Shown here: one piece after another, positions 17,019 through 25,368 of the stretch
Position numbering within the stretch: position 1 is the first letter of the stretch
Layout: every line of letters begins with the position of its first letter
From: Verrucomicrobiota bacterium
GTDB taxonomy: Bacteria; Verrucomicrobiota; Kiritimatiellia; CAIQIC01; JAGNIJ01
Direction: 5' to 3'
Assembly (NCBI GenBank): GCA_018823105.1
Contig: JAHJJH010000240.1
Location: 1-53,647 of the forward strand
DNA length: 53,647 nucleotides
The notes under the pieces: model-generated
Database searches by the model: none
What the model was told of the DNA's origin: nothing
What the model saw: the letters and a program-made list of their open reading frames with translations, nothing else
Translations under genes and position numbers: made by a program

Positions 17019-18494
17019 ATGCTGGGGAAGTCATCCATCCGCATTTCGCCGCGGCGGGTTGTGCTGCTGCTGCTGGATACGCTCTGCATCGTCGTCGGCA
17101 TTGCGCTGGCGGCCTTTATCCGCCTGGGATGGGAGGATGGGGTGGGCTATGTGTTCCACCACCGGTTCACGCTGGGCGCCGCCGCCATGGTCTTTCTCCT
17201 GGTCTTCTACAGCGGAGGCATGTATGAACGCGAGGCGCTGTACCGCCGCAAGCGCGAACTGGCCTACCTGCCTTTCTTCGCCACCGCCATCGGCCTGATC
17301 CTGACGGTCGTGCTTTTCTATGCCCGCGCGGGGGCGGCCATCGGCCGGGGCATCCTGCTGCTGGCCGGGGGGCTGATCTTCCTCGGCAGTTGGGGCTCGC
17401 GGGTTCTGTACCGCGCCGGCATGGGTTACAAGCTGTTGTCCATGAATGCCCTCATCATCGGCGAGGGCCAGGAGGCGAGGGCCGTGCTCAAGCTCCTGGC
17501 GACCGCGCCCGACGCGGGATACCGGGTGTTCGGCATCGTCTCCAGCAGCCGGGCGAAGCACGAGGACTTCATCGAGGGCGTGCCGGTGCTCGGCCACGTG
17601 AGCCGGCTGCAGGAATTCGCCGATGCCTACGAGATCGAGGTGATCATCGTGGCCGCGTCCATGGCGCGCGAACATGCGCTGCTGTGCCTGCTGCGACCGC
17701 TTCGCTACGCGGGCGTCCAGATCCTGGATTACATGGCGCTCCACGAGGAACTGGGCCAGGAAATCCCCCTGGATCACGTGGACGACGAATGGCTCATGTA
17801 TGCGGCGATGAACAATTCGGTGATCCATATCCGGAAGATCAAGCGCGGCATGGACCTGGTCGTCGCCGTCCTCGGCTTGATCCTCCTGCTGCCGGTCAGC
17901 CTGCTGGCCGCGCTGGTCATCAAGCTCTCTTCCCGCGGGCCGGTCCTGTATCGCCAGCGCCGCGCCGGCCAGGGCGGCCGGCCCTACACCCTGATGAAGT
18001 TGCGCACGATGAGGCAGGATGCCGAGGCGCTCACCGGGCCGGTCTGGGCCGACAAGTACGACCAGCGCGTGACCCCGGTCGGCCGGTTTCTCCGGATATC
18101 CCGGATCGACGAAATCCCGCAGCTGGTCAACGTGCTGCGCGGGGAGATGAGCCTGGTGGGGCCGCGGCCGGAGCGCCCCGAGTTCGTGGACACCCTGGCC
18201 GGGGCGATTCCTTACTACAAGGAGCGGCTTCTCGTGCCGCCCGGCATCACCGGGTGGGCCCAGATCATGTATCCCTACGCGGCCAGCATCGAGGCGTCGC
18301 GTCGGAAACTTCAGTATGACCTGTACTACATCAAGCACATGAGCTTCATCCTCGATGTGATGATCCTGCTCCGGACCTTCAAGACCATCCTGATGGGCTT
18401 GCGACACAGTGAGGACCTCGAGCCCGTCGCGGCGGCGGGCGGGAAGGCCTTGCCTCAAACCGATCCGGAAGAGAAACAGGCGAAATGGGCTTGA
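17019..18494 (+). CDS. Polyprenyl-phosphate glycosyl-1-phosphate transferase (WbaP/EpsB-type initiating sugar transferase)
   Basis: N-terminal TM block plus a Rossmann-like linker. IKRGMDLVVAVLGLILLLPV, RPYTLMKLRTM and DEIPQLVNVLRGEMSLVGPRPERPEF. Confidence 0.88.
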   Translation: MLGKSSIRISPRRVVLLLLDTLCIVVGIALAAFIRLGWEDGVGYVFHHRFTLGAAAMVFLLVFYSGGMYEREALYRRKRELAYLPFFATAIGLILTVVLFYARAGAAIGRGILLLAGGLIFLGSWGSRVLYRAGMGYKLLSMNALIIGEGQEARAVLKLLATAPDAGYRVFGIVSSSRAKHEDFIEGVPVLGHVSRLQEFADAYEIEVIIVAASMAREHALLCLLRPLRYAGVQILDYMALHEELGQEIPLDHVDDEWLMYAAMNNSVIHIRKIKRGMDLVVAVLGLILLLPVSLLAALVIKLSSRGPVLYRQRRAGQGGRPYTLMKLRTMRQDAEALTGPVWADKYDQRVTPVGRFLRISRIDEIPQLVNVLRGEMSLVGPRPERPEFVDTLAGAIPYYKERLLVPPGITGWAQIMYPYAASIEASRRKLQYDLYYIKHMSFILDVMILLRTFKTILMGLRHSEDLEPVAAAGGKALPQTDPEEKQAKWA

Positions 18495-18524
18495 GCCGGC
18501 CCGCCGGCCCGATATGCTGCGGGG

Positions 18525-19058
18525 ATGAACCCGATCCGCGACGAGGCCATTCCTGACCTGGCGATCCCCCCTCCCGGAAAGGCGTGGGTCGTGCTGCACG
18601 TCCGGCCCCGATGCGAAAAAAAACTGGAGGCCTTCTGCCAGCGAAGCGGCCTGCCCGCCTACCTCCCCCTGCGCCGGAAGGTCCATCGCTACGGCGTCCG
18701 GGAACGCGCCTTCTGGTCGCCCCTCTTCCCGGGATACCTCTTCTGCGTGAGCACGGCCCCCGGCCGGTCCACGCTGCGCCAGAATCGGTACGTGGCCAAC
18801 CTGTTGGAGGTGCTGGACCAGGCCCGGTTGGTCGGGCAACTGCTCCATATCCGGCAGGCGCTGGCCGTGGACGACATGGTCGAGGTGATGCCCTACCTCG
18901 CGGCCGGCCGTCGCGTCCAGGTGACTGCCGGCCCCTTCAAGGGGCTGGAGGGAATCGTTCAACGCATCAAGGGCCGGACCAAGGTGGTCCTTAACGTGGA
19001 CATGATCCAACAGGCGGTGATTGTCGAGGTGGACAGCACCTGCCTGGCGCCGGCCTGA
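18525..19058 (+). CDS. NusG-paralogue transcription antiterminator (UpxY/RfaH-like: NGN plus KOW)
   Basis: WVVLHVRPRCEKK, FPGYLFC and a KOW segment, GRRVQVTAGPFKGLEGIVQRI. Confidence 0.75.
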   Translation: MNPIRDEAIPDLAIPPPGKAWVVLHVRPRCEKKLEAFCQRSGLPAYLPLRRKVHRYGVRERAFWSPLFPGYLFCVSTAPGRSTLRQNRYVANLLEVLDQARLVGQLLHIRQALAVDDMVEVMPYLAAGRRVQVTAGPFKGLEGIVQRIKGRTKVVLNVDMIQQAVIVEVDSTCLAPA

Positions 19059-19074
19059 AGGATGCTGCTGCGCC

Positions 19075-19878
19075 ATGATGGCCTTGTTGAAGAAACTGGT
19101 TCGACGTTATGCCCCGCCCGGGCTGAAGCACCGGCTCCGGAAGTGGAACAGCTGGCGTCTGGTGCGGGATTTCGATGAATCCCGCTGGCCTCCGGCGGCG
19201 GGAGTGCGTCGGCTGATTCGATCCGGCGATCGCGTGGTGGACGCTGGCGCCAACATCGGCTATGTCACCGCCCTCTTTTCGCGATGGGTCGGGCCGACCG
19301 GCCGCGTATACAGCATGGAACCGGAACCGGGGACCTTCGATGTTCTCGCCGCCAATGTCCGTCGCCTGAACCTTGGGAACGTGGATTTGTTTCCCTGCGC
19401 GGTTTCCTCCAGAGAGGGGGAGGGCGTGCTGGCCATCCCCGAATACGCGGACGGCGGAGAGAATCTTTACGAGGCGCGAGTGTTGGACCAGGCCGAAGCG
19501 GGCTTGTCCGCCGGAGCCACGAGGGCGAAGGCGGAAGGCGGCGTCCGCACGGTCAAGATTCAACTGGCCACCTTGGATCGCCTGCTGGTGAGACGCGCGG
19601 ATGCCTTGGCGTTGATCAAGCTGGATGTAGAGGGCTGCGAACTGGAGGCCGTGCAGGGGGCGGCGGAACTGGTCCGGCGGTTTCATCCGGTCTTTCTCAT
19701 CGAGGTCAGCGGCAATCCGTGGGAGCCCGGGTCGCGCGCGGCGGCCCTGTTGGACCTCATGAAAGCGTGGGGATATCGCCCCTATCGTTTGGAAGCCGGC
19801 GAATGGCGGCTGATTGAGCGCGGGGCCGCGAGCCTGGATGTATTGTTTTGGCCTTCGAACTCATCCCCTCCGGGGTAA
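19075..19878 (+). CDS. FkbM-family SAM-dependent methyltransferase
   Basis: VVDAGANIGY and LIKLDVEGCELEA. Start chosen at ATG 19075, after the NusG-like stop. Confidence 0.75.
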   Translation: MMALLKKLVRRYAPPGLKHRLRKWNSWRLVRDFDESRWPPAAGVRRLIRSGDRVVDAGANIGYVTALFSRWVGPTGRVYSMEPEPGTFDVLAANVRRLNLGNVDLFPCAVSSREGEGVLAIPEYADGGENLYEARVLDQAEAGLSAGATRAKAEGGVRTVKIQLATLDRLLVRRADALALIKLDVEGCELEAVQGAAELVRRFHPVFLIEVSGNPWEPGSRAAALLDLMKAWGYRPYRLEAGEWRLIERGAASLDVLFWPSNSSPPG

Positions 19879-20124
19879 TAAACCCGGATTTTGCCGTGGG
19901 CTTCTTGCGAAGACGCCAAGTCCGCGAAGCAGAACAAATTACAAACCGATTGCTCTCACTTTTTCAGGCAATTTTTCAGTCCGTTCCGTCTTTCTTGACG
20001 GGCTTTGTGACTTTTAGAGAGAATCAATTGCACGATCTTGGACAAACGGGGCCAACAGGTTTTGGAACTCCCTATCCTGCACGGGAAAAAAACGCCCTTG
20101 ACGCCGGACGCTGCATTGAATACT

Positions 20125-20140
20125 TTTAGAATATTCTAAA
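20125..20140. promoter_or_regulatory. Perfect 16-bp palindrome TTTAGAATATTCTAAA, 9 nt upstream of the regulator gene (candidate operator)
   Basis: Read directly. The half-site CTTTTAGA recurs at 20011-20018. A TTGACG hexamer lies ~25 nt upstream. Confidence 0.5.
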
Positions 20141-20148
20141 CGCAGGAT

Positions 20149-20649
20149 GTGCGCATGTTGCCGGATACCGTCCAATCCGCAAAATGGGAAATGATTGAAG
20201 CTGGAGGACGAACCACCCAGTCTTTCGGCCTCGGACGCCTCTTCGGGCAGATCTTCATGCTGCTGTATTTAAGTCCTACCCCCTTAAGTCTGGACGACTT
20301 GGCCTCTCAACTGGGCGTCAGCAAGGCCAGTGTCAGCATCGCCTGCCGACAGCTGGAAACCTGGGGCGCCGTGCACCGCGGCTGGGTGAAAGGTGATCGT
20401 AAGGACTATTACGTGGCTGAAACCGCGTTCGACCGTATCTTGAGAAACGGGCTCTTATCGTCCATCTATAAAAAACTGGACACGGCCAAGATTCAGATCG
20501 AAAGAAGCCTTTCCCTGCTGGAACAAGCCAAGACGGGCGACGAGGCTGTGCCTTTTTTCCGAGATCGTCTCCGCCAGGCGGAGAAATACCGCGAGCGGAT
20601 CAACCGGTTGTTGGGTAGTCGCGTGGTCAAGGCCATCTTGCGGCTCTGA
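20149..20649 (+). CDS. GbsR/MarR-type winged-helix transcriptional regulator (GTG 20149 or ATG 20155)
   Basis: HTH segment LSLDDLASQLGVSKASVSIACRQLETWGAV. About 165 aa with a C-terminal helical region. Confidence 0.6.
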   Translation: MRMLPDTVQSAKWEMIEAGGRTTQSFGLGRLFGQIFMLLYLSPTPLSLDDLASQLGVSKASVSIACRQLETWGAVHRGWVKGDRKDYYVAETAFDRILRNGLLSSIYKKLDTAKIQIERSLSLLEQAKTGDEAVPFFRDRLRQAEKYRERINRLLGSRVVKAILRL

Positions 20650-20798
20650 AGCGAAGGTGTCGCAGGTTGGCGGCCCCATGAAAAGGGCTGAATACAGGGC
20701 GGGAGCAGGCAATTCCGGTCGGGAATTGACCGGGGCGAAGCCTGCCGATTTGAAGATTGGAGCATTCGCTGATTGGATGATTGGGTAAGTGAATAAGC

Positions 20799-21206
20799 AT
20801 GCGGAGCGAGACCATGGAATTGCCGAATTCCTTTCGGACGTTTGAGGATTTGGAATGCTGGCAGGCGTGTCGTGAGTTACGGCTTTTTGTGGCCAAGAAG
20901 GTCGTTGCGGTTCTGCCCCGTGAAGAGCGATATGCCCTTGGAGACCAGCTTTTGCGAGCAGGCCGATCCACCACCGCGAATATCGCGGAAGGATATGGCC
21001 GCTTCCATTACGCGGATCAAATTAAATACTGCCGGCAATCAAGAGGCTCGGCTTATGAAGTGCTCGACCACCTGATCACGGGAGCGGATGAAGAACTGTT
21101 GCCGACAAAACTTCAGGATGAAGGTCGCCTCGTGGTTGAGAAAGCGGTCAAACTGATCAATGGATATATCCGTTATTTGTCTAACCGCAAGGCAGAGGGG
21201 AAGTAA
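20799..21206 (+). CDS. Four-helix-bundle protein (the family first found in 23S rRNA intervening sequences)
   Basis: FEDLECWQ, RAGRSTTANIAEGYGR and SRGSAYEVLDHL. Confidence 0.85.
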   Translation: MRSETMELPNSFRTFEDLECWQACRELRLFVAKKVVAVLPREERYALGDQLLRAGRSTTANIAEGYGRFHYADQIKYCRQSRGSAYEVLDHLITGADEELLPTKLQDEGRLVVEKAVKLINGYIRYLSNRKAEGK

Positions 21207-21271
21207 TGAAACCATCCCATTTCTCGGTCAACCCGTTCACGAATTTTCCAATCATCTAATCCACCCTCCCC

Positions 21272-22585
21272 ATGTCCCTCTGGGCCTTCAGATTTTTGCT
21301 CTGGTACATCTGCATCATGATCGTGCAGCCGCAGCACCGGTTCATGTTCCTGTACCCCTTCCGCATCGCCAACCTTTGCATGATTATTGCCACGGGGCTG
21401 CATGTCTTTTCCTGTCTGACCGAAGGGCGACCCCTGATCCGGTTCGGGCCGGCCACAAAACTGGCGTTGGCCCTGCTCGGGTTCGGGCTGTTGTCGCAGT
21501 ATGCAGGGGTTTTCCAGACGAGCACGGCTTGGAACGGCTACATCGACATGCTGGTAAAAAACGCTTACACGTTGATCCTGATTGAAGCCATGGCCCTGAC
21601 CGTGGATCGAGTGTGGGCGGTGCACACGACGCTGGCCATTGCTTCGCTCTGGTGGATCAAGGGCGGGCTGCGGCTGTCCGCGGCGGGGGCGACCTGGGGC
21701 ATGGGCGACCGCATCATGGGCCCGGCCGCCGGCCTGGTGCAGGATCCCAACTTCTTCGCCTATATGATGGGCGTGTTCATTCCCTTGTACTTCTATTACT
21801 ACCGGCATGCGCACAAGGCATACATTCGATGGGGCGCCCTGGCCGTCACCCTCTTTGCCGTCTTCATCAGCCTGCGCACGGGAAGCCGATCGGGGATGAT
21901 CCAGCTTTTCTTGCTGGGCCTGATCCTGTTCCCCCGTTTAGTCCGCGAGGAAAAACGCGCGCTGGCGATTGCGGGACTGGGCCTGTTCCTCCTGCTGCCG
22001 TTTGTGGGGGAGCAGAATTTCGAGCGCTTTCGAAAGATCCCCCGGTCGATAGCGGCGTATCTCAGCGGCACGCCGGAGCTTCACATGGATCCGGATACCT
22101 ACAGTTCTATGGAGCGACGCACAAAAAACACGGACACCCTAGCCCTCATTAAAAAACACCCCTTGTTTGGCGTGGGAATGAGTCCGGACGAGCGTCTTTT
22201 CGCCCAGGACTACTGGGGCGCGACGGGGCAGGTCCATTGCGAAATCCTCATGGCTGGCCGCCAGATGGGCCTGATCGGCATGGCCATGCACGTGGGCTTT
22301 CTCGTGATCCCCTTCCTGATGGGATGGCGCGTTCAGCGACGATTCGGCTCCACCTGGCCGGCGCTTTCCGGCCTGGGATTCATGATCAAGCTCCAGGCGA
22401 TCATGTTCGGGCTCGGCGGGCTTTTCCTGCCGTTACCCTGGCATCCGATCCTGATGATCCTGGCCGGATCGAGTTCCGCGCTGTGGAGCACGGCGGGCGC
22501 GCTGGATCCCTCGGGTGTGCCATCCCTTTCGGAGGTGCCGGCGGAAACGGGGGAGGAAACCCCCGGCCTCCTGCCTGCCACCTGA
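21272..22585 (+). CDS. O-antigen ligase/polymerase-like integral membrane protein (Wzy_C family)
   Basis: About 10-12 predicted TM helices. SLRTGSRSGMI loop typical of Wzy_C/WaaL-like proteins. Confidence 0.7.
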   Translation: MSLWAFRFLLWYICIMIVQPQHRFMFLYPFRIANLCMIIATGLHVFSCLTEGRPLIRFGPATKLALALLGFGLLSQYAGVFQTSTAWNGYIDMLVKNAYTLILIEAMALTVDRVWAVHTTLAIASLWWIKGGLRLSAAGATWGMGDRIMGPAAGLVQDPNFFAYMMGVFIPLYFYYYRHAHKAYIRWGALAVTLFAVFISLRTGSRSGMIQLFLLGLILFPRLVREEKRALAIAGLGLFLLLPFVGEQNFERFRKIPRSIAAYLSGTPELHMDPDTYSSMERRTKNTDTLALIKKHPLFGVGMSPDERLFAQDYWGATGQVHCEILMAGRQMGLIGMAMHVGFLVIPFLMGWRVQRRFGSTWPALSGLGFMIKLQAIMFGLGGLFLPLPWHPILMILAGSSSALWSTAGALDPSGVPSLSEVPAETGEETPGLLPAT

Positions 22586-22628
22586 AGCCCGGCTCCTTTC
22601 ATCTCCAACGGCTATTCATTGTTCCTCT

Positions 22629-23495
22629 ATGCAAACAACCATCTATGACGCCTCCGGCCGTGACCGGATTTCTCTCGCCGCCTGGGGGCACATGCTGCGT
22701 GAGTTCTGGGGCTACCGCGAACTCACTTGGCGCCTGATCTCGCGCAATTTCTCGGCCCAGTTCCGCCAGTCGTTTCTGGGCTATCTGTGGGTCGTCCTGC
22801 CGCCCGTGGCCACGGCCGTCGTATTCGCCCTGCTGCGCCAGGCCCAGATCGTCAACGTGCCCATGGCCGAGGGTTCCATGCCCTACGTCCTGTTTGCCTT
22901 GATGGGGACAACGTTATGGGGGTTTTTCACCCAGATCACGCTGATGACCACGAACAGCATCGCCTCTGCCGGCAACCTGGTCTCGCGGATCTACTTTCCC
23001 CGCGAGGTGTTGGCCGTGAGCTCGGCGTTCAATGCCGTCATTAACCTGGCCATCCGGCTCGCGGTCCTGGCCCTCATGTTTGCCCTGGTTCGGTACGCGC
23101 CGCACTGGCAAGTGGTCCTGGCCCCCCTGCTGCTGATTCCCCTGGCCGCCCTGGGCGTAGGGCTGGGCCTGTTCTTTGCCCCGATCAACACGATGATGCA
23201 CGACGTGGGCCGCATGCTGGAGTTCGCCTTCCAGTTCGGCCTGTTCCTGGCCCCCACGGTCTATCCCACGCCGGACCTGGCGACCGCCACCGGGCGCTGG
23301 GAACGGGTCCTGTTCTGGATCCACTCCCTGAACCCGGTTTCCCATTTCCTCTACGCGGTCCAGTCGCTCGTCGAAACCGGGGTCTTTGCGGTGACCCGCG
23401 GCCTGGTCGTCTCCACCGGCCTTTCGTTTCTTATCCTCGCCGTCGGCTGGCGCTTCTTCCACATCTGCGAGCCGCTGCTGGCGGAGAGACTATAA
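22629..23495 (+). CDS. ABC-2 type polysaccharide exporter permease (Wzm/KpsM-like)
   Basis: YRELTWRLISRNFSAQFRQSFLGYLWVVLPP followed by 6 TM segments. Start moved to ATG 22629. Confidence 0.85.
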   Translation: MQTTIYDASGRDRISLAAWGHMLREFWGYRELTWRLISRNFSAQFRQSFLGYLWVVLPPVATAVVFALLRQAQIVNVPMAEGSMPYVLFALMGTTLWGFFTQITLMTTNSIASAGNLVSRIYFPREVLAVSSAFNAVINLAIRLAVLALMFALVRYAPHWQVVLAPLLLIPLAALGVGLGLFFAPINTMMHDVGRMLEFAFQFGLFLAPTVYPTPDLATATGRWERVLFWIHSLNPVSHFLYAVQSLVETGVFAVTRGLVVSTGLSFLILAVGWRFFHICEPLLAERL

Positions 23496-23525
23496 CCACG
23501 AAGCGCACGGAGCGACGGAGAACTC

Positions 23526-23900
23526 ATGTTGATAGAAGAAAAATTGACAGAAGCAATTTTGGGCGCGGCCATCGAAGTGCATCGCTATTGGGGGCCGGGT
23601 TTATATGAGGAGGTCTATGAAAGAAGTCTGTGTAGAGAGCTGCAGCTTCGCCACATTGAATTCGACAACCAGGTCAACATACCCCTGCTTTACAAGGACG
23701 AACCCGTAGGGGACGCTCTTCGATTGGATCTCTGGGTTGAGAAAAAAGTCGTTTTTGAAGTTAAGGCCGTATCGGACCTTTTGCCCGTTCATGAAGCGCA
23801 AGTGTTAACCTACATGAGGCTCACGAATAGCCGTGTTGGATTATTGGTCAACTTCAACGTCAAACTTCTTAAAGACGGCTGGCGCCGTTTTGTTCTTTAA
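23526..23900 (+). CDS. GxxExxY protein (PD-(D/E)XK-like; family also first seen in 23S rRNA intervening sequences)
   Basis: GPGLYEEVYERSL (GxxExxY), then LDLWVEKKVVFEVKAV and HEAQVLTYMRLT. Visibly A/T-richer than its neighbours. Confidence 0.85.
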   Translation: MLIEEKLTEAILGAAIEVHRYWGPGLYEEVYERSLCRELQLRHIEFDNQVNIPLLYKDEPVGDALRLDLWVEKKVVFEVKAVSDLLPVHEAQVLTYMRLTNSRVGLLVNFNVKLLKDGWRRFVL

Positions 23901-23915
23901 TTTCTCCGCATCTCC

Positions 23916-25367
23916 GTGTCCTCCGTGGTTAAAATGTCTTCCGAACCCGCCATACGCGTCGAGCGCGTGTCGAAGAAATTCGCCCGCTCGCTGAAGAAGG
24001 CCATGGTCTATGGCCTGGCGGACATCGCCCGCGCCACCCTCCTGCCGCGCCAATTCCGTTCGCCCAACCTTGAGGCCAGAGTGTCGGATACTCTGGGGGC
24101 GACAACAGGATCATACCGGACACGGAAGACCGAACGCCCAACGCCCAGCAACGAGCAACCCGCAACGAGCAATCCGCAACCCGCCGATGGCCTTCGCCCG
24201 TCGGAGTTCTGGGCCGTCCGGGATGTCTCGTTCGAAGTCCGCCGCGGCGAATGTCTCGGCTTGATCGGCGCCAACGGCGCGGGCAAGAGCACCCTTTTCA
24301 AGATCCTTAGCGGTATCTACGGGCCGACGGATGGGCGGATCGAGATCCGCGGACGGTTGAGCGCGCTCATCGAGGTGGGGGCGGGTTTTCACGCCATGCT
24401 GTCGGGCCGCGAGAACATCTACATCAGCGGCGCCGTGCTCGGCATGAGCACGAAACTGATCGAGGAGAAGTACGAGCAGATCGTCGAGTTCTCCGGCGTG
24501 CGGGATTTCATTGACATGCCGGTGAAGTTTTACAGCTCCGGCATGCACGTGCGCTTGGGCTTTGCGGTCCTCGCCCACCTGGACCCGGAGATCATGTTGA
24601 TTGACGAGATCCTCGCCGTCGGCGACATGGAGTTCCAGAAGAAGTGCATTGACCGCATCAACGAAATGCGCCAGGGCCAGATGGCCATCGCCCTGGTCTC
24701 GCACAGCCTCTACCGGATCGAGTCGCTCTGCCACCGCGTCGTCTGGCTCGACCACGGCCATGTCGTCATGATCGGCGAAGCGCGCGAGGTGATCCGGGCC
24801 TACCGGGATCAGCAGATACAGCTTTCCGCAGAGCCGGACGGACATGGGCTCAACGCCCGGAAGGCGACCGGGGCCCTGGCGGAATCTCCCTTCTTCATCA
24901 TCCATCGCGCGGAACCTGTTCATGCGGATGGGCGGGTGGATGAACGGTTTGCTTATGGGGAGCCCATTGCCGTCCGGATTTCGTTCACGGCCCGGCAGCG
25001 GATTGAGCGGCCCCTGTTCAACTTGAGCTTCATGGTGGCCGGGGTCTCGGTTCTCGAGACCTCGATGTTGGTGGACGGGCAGGCGCCCGACTACGTGGAA
25101 GGTCCGGGCGAGATCACCAGCCGCCTCGTCAACCCCCGACTGCTGCCGAACGCTTACACCGTCGAGTTGTTCATCCGGAATCCGGAAGGCATGGTGGACC
25201 TGATGGACATGCAGGTTGTGACGCAGTTCACCATAACGTCAGAAGGTCTCGATCAAATCCCCCAGACGGGGCCTTATGCGCTGGGTCATCTTATGCATGG
25301 CAACATGTTGTACCAGCCTTACGAGTGGGATTTATCCCGCATTCGTTCGGCGGGGAAAGACGCCTGA
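23916..25367 (+). CDS. Polysaccharide ABC exporter ATP-binding protein (Wzt-like) with a C-terminal beta-sandwich glycan-binding-type domain. ATG 23934 is an alternative start.
   Basis: Walker A GLIGANGAGKSTLFK, signature YSSGMHVRLGFA and Walker B MLIDEILAVGD. Extra ~200-aa C-terminal domain. Low-complexity N-terminal insertion TERPTPSNEQPATSNPQPADG. Confidence 0.88.
   Translation: MSSVVKMSSEPAIRVERVSKKFARSLKKAMVYGLADIARATLLPRQFRSPNLEARVSDTLGATTGSYRTRKTERPTPSNEQPATSNPQPADGLRPSEFWAVRDVSFEVRRGECLGLIGANGAGKSTLFKILSGIYGPTDGRIEIRGRLSALIEVGAGFHAMLSGRENIYISGAVLGMSTKLIEEKYEQIVEFSGVRDFIDMPVKFYSSGMHVRLGFAVLAHLDPEIMLIDEILAVGDMEFQKKCIDRINEMRQGQMAIALVSHSLYRIESLCHRVVWLDHGHVVMIGEAREVIRAYRDQQIQLSAEPDGHGLNARKATGALAESPFFIIHRAEPVHADGRVDERFAYGEPIAVRISFTARQRIERPLFNLSFMVAGVSVLETSMLVDGQAPDYVEGPGEITSRLVNPRLLPNAYTVELFIRNPEGMVDLMDMQVVTQFTITSEGLDQIPQTGPYALGHLMHGNMLYQPYEWDLSRIRSAGKDA
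24132..24185 (+). repeat. In-frame 7/14-nt tandem repeat tract inside wzt
   Basis: GAACGCC CAACGCC C.. then GCAACGAGCAACCC GCAACGAGCAATCC GCAACCCGCC (14-mers at 24148-24161 and 24162-24175). Confidence 0.7.
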
Positions 25368-25368
25368 A

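Noticed and set aside
19848-20129. 93-aa + strand ORF spanning the A/T-rich gap between the FkbM gene and the regulator
   Set aside because: It starts inside the FkbM coding region, covers the candidate promoter and operator region, has weak codon bias, and matches no family I recognise. It more likely falls in non-coding regulatory DNA, though a small protein cannot be excluded without ribosome profiling.
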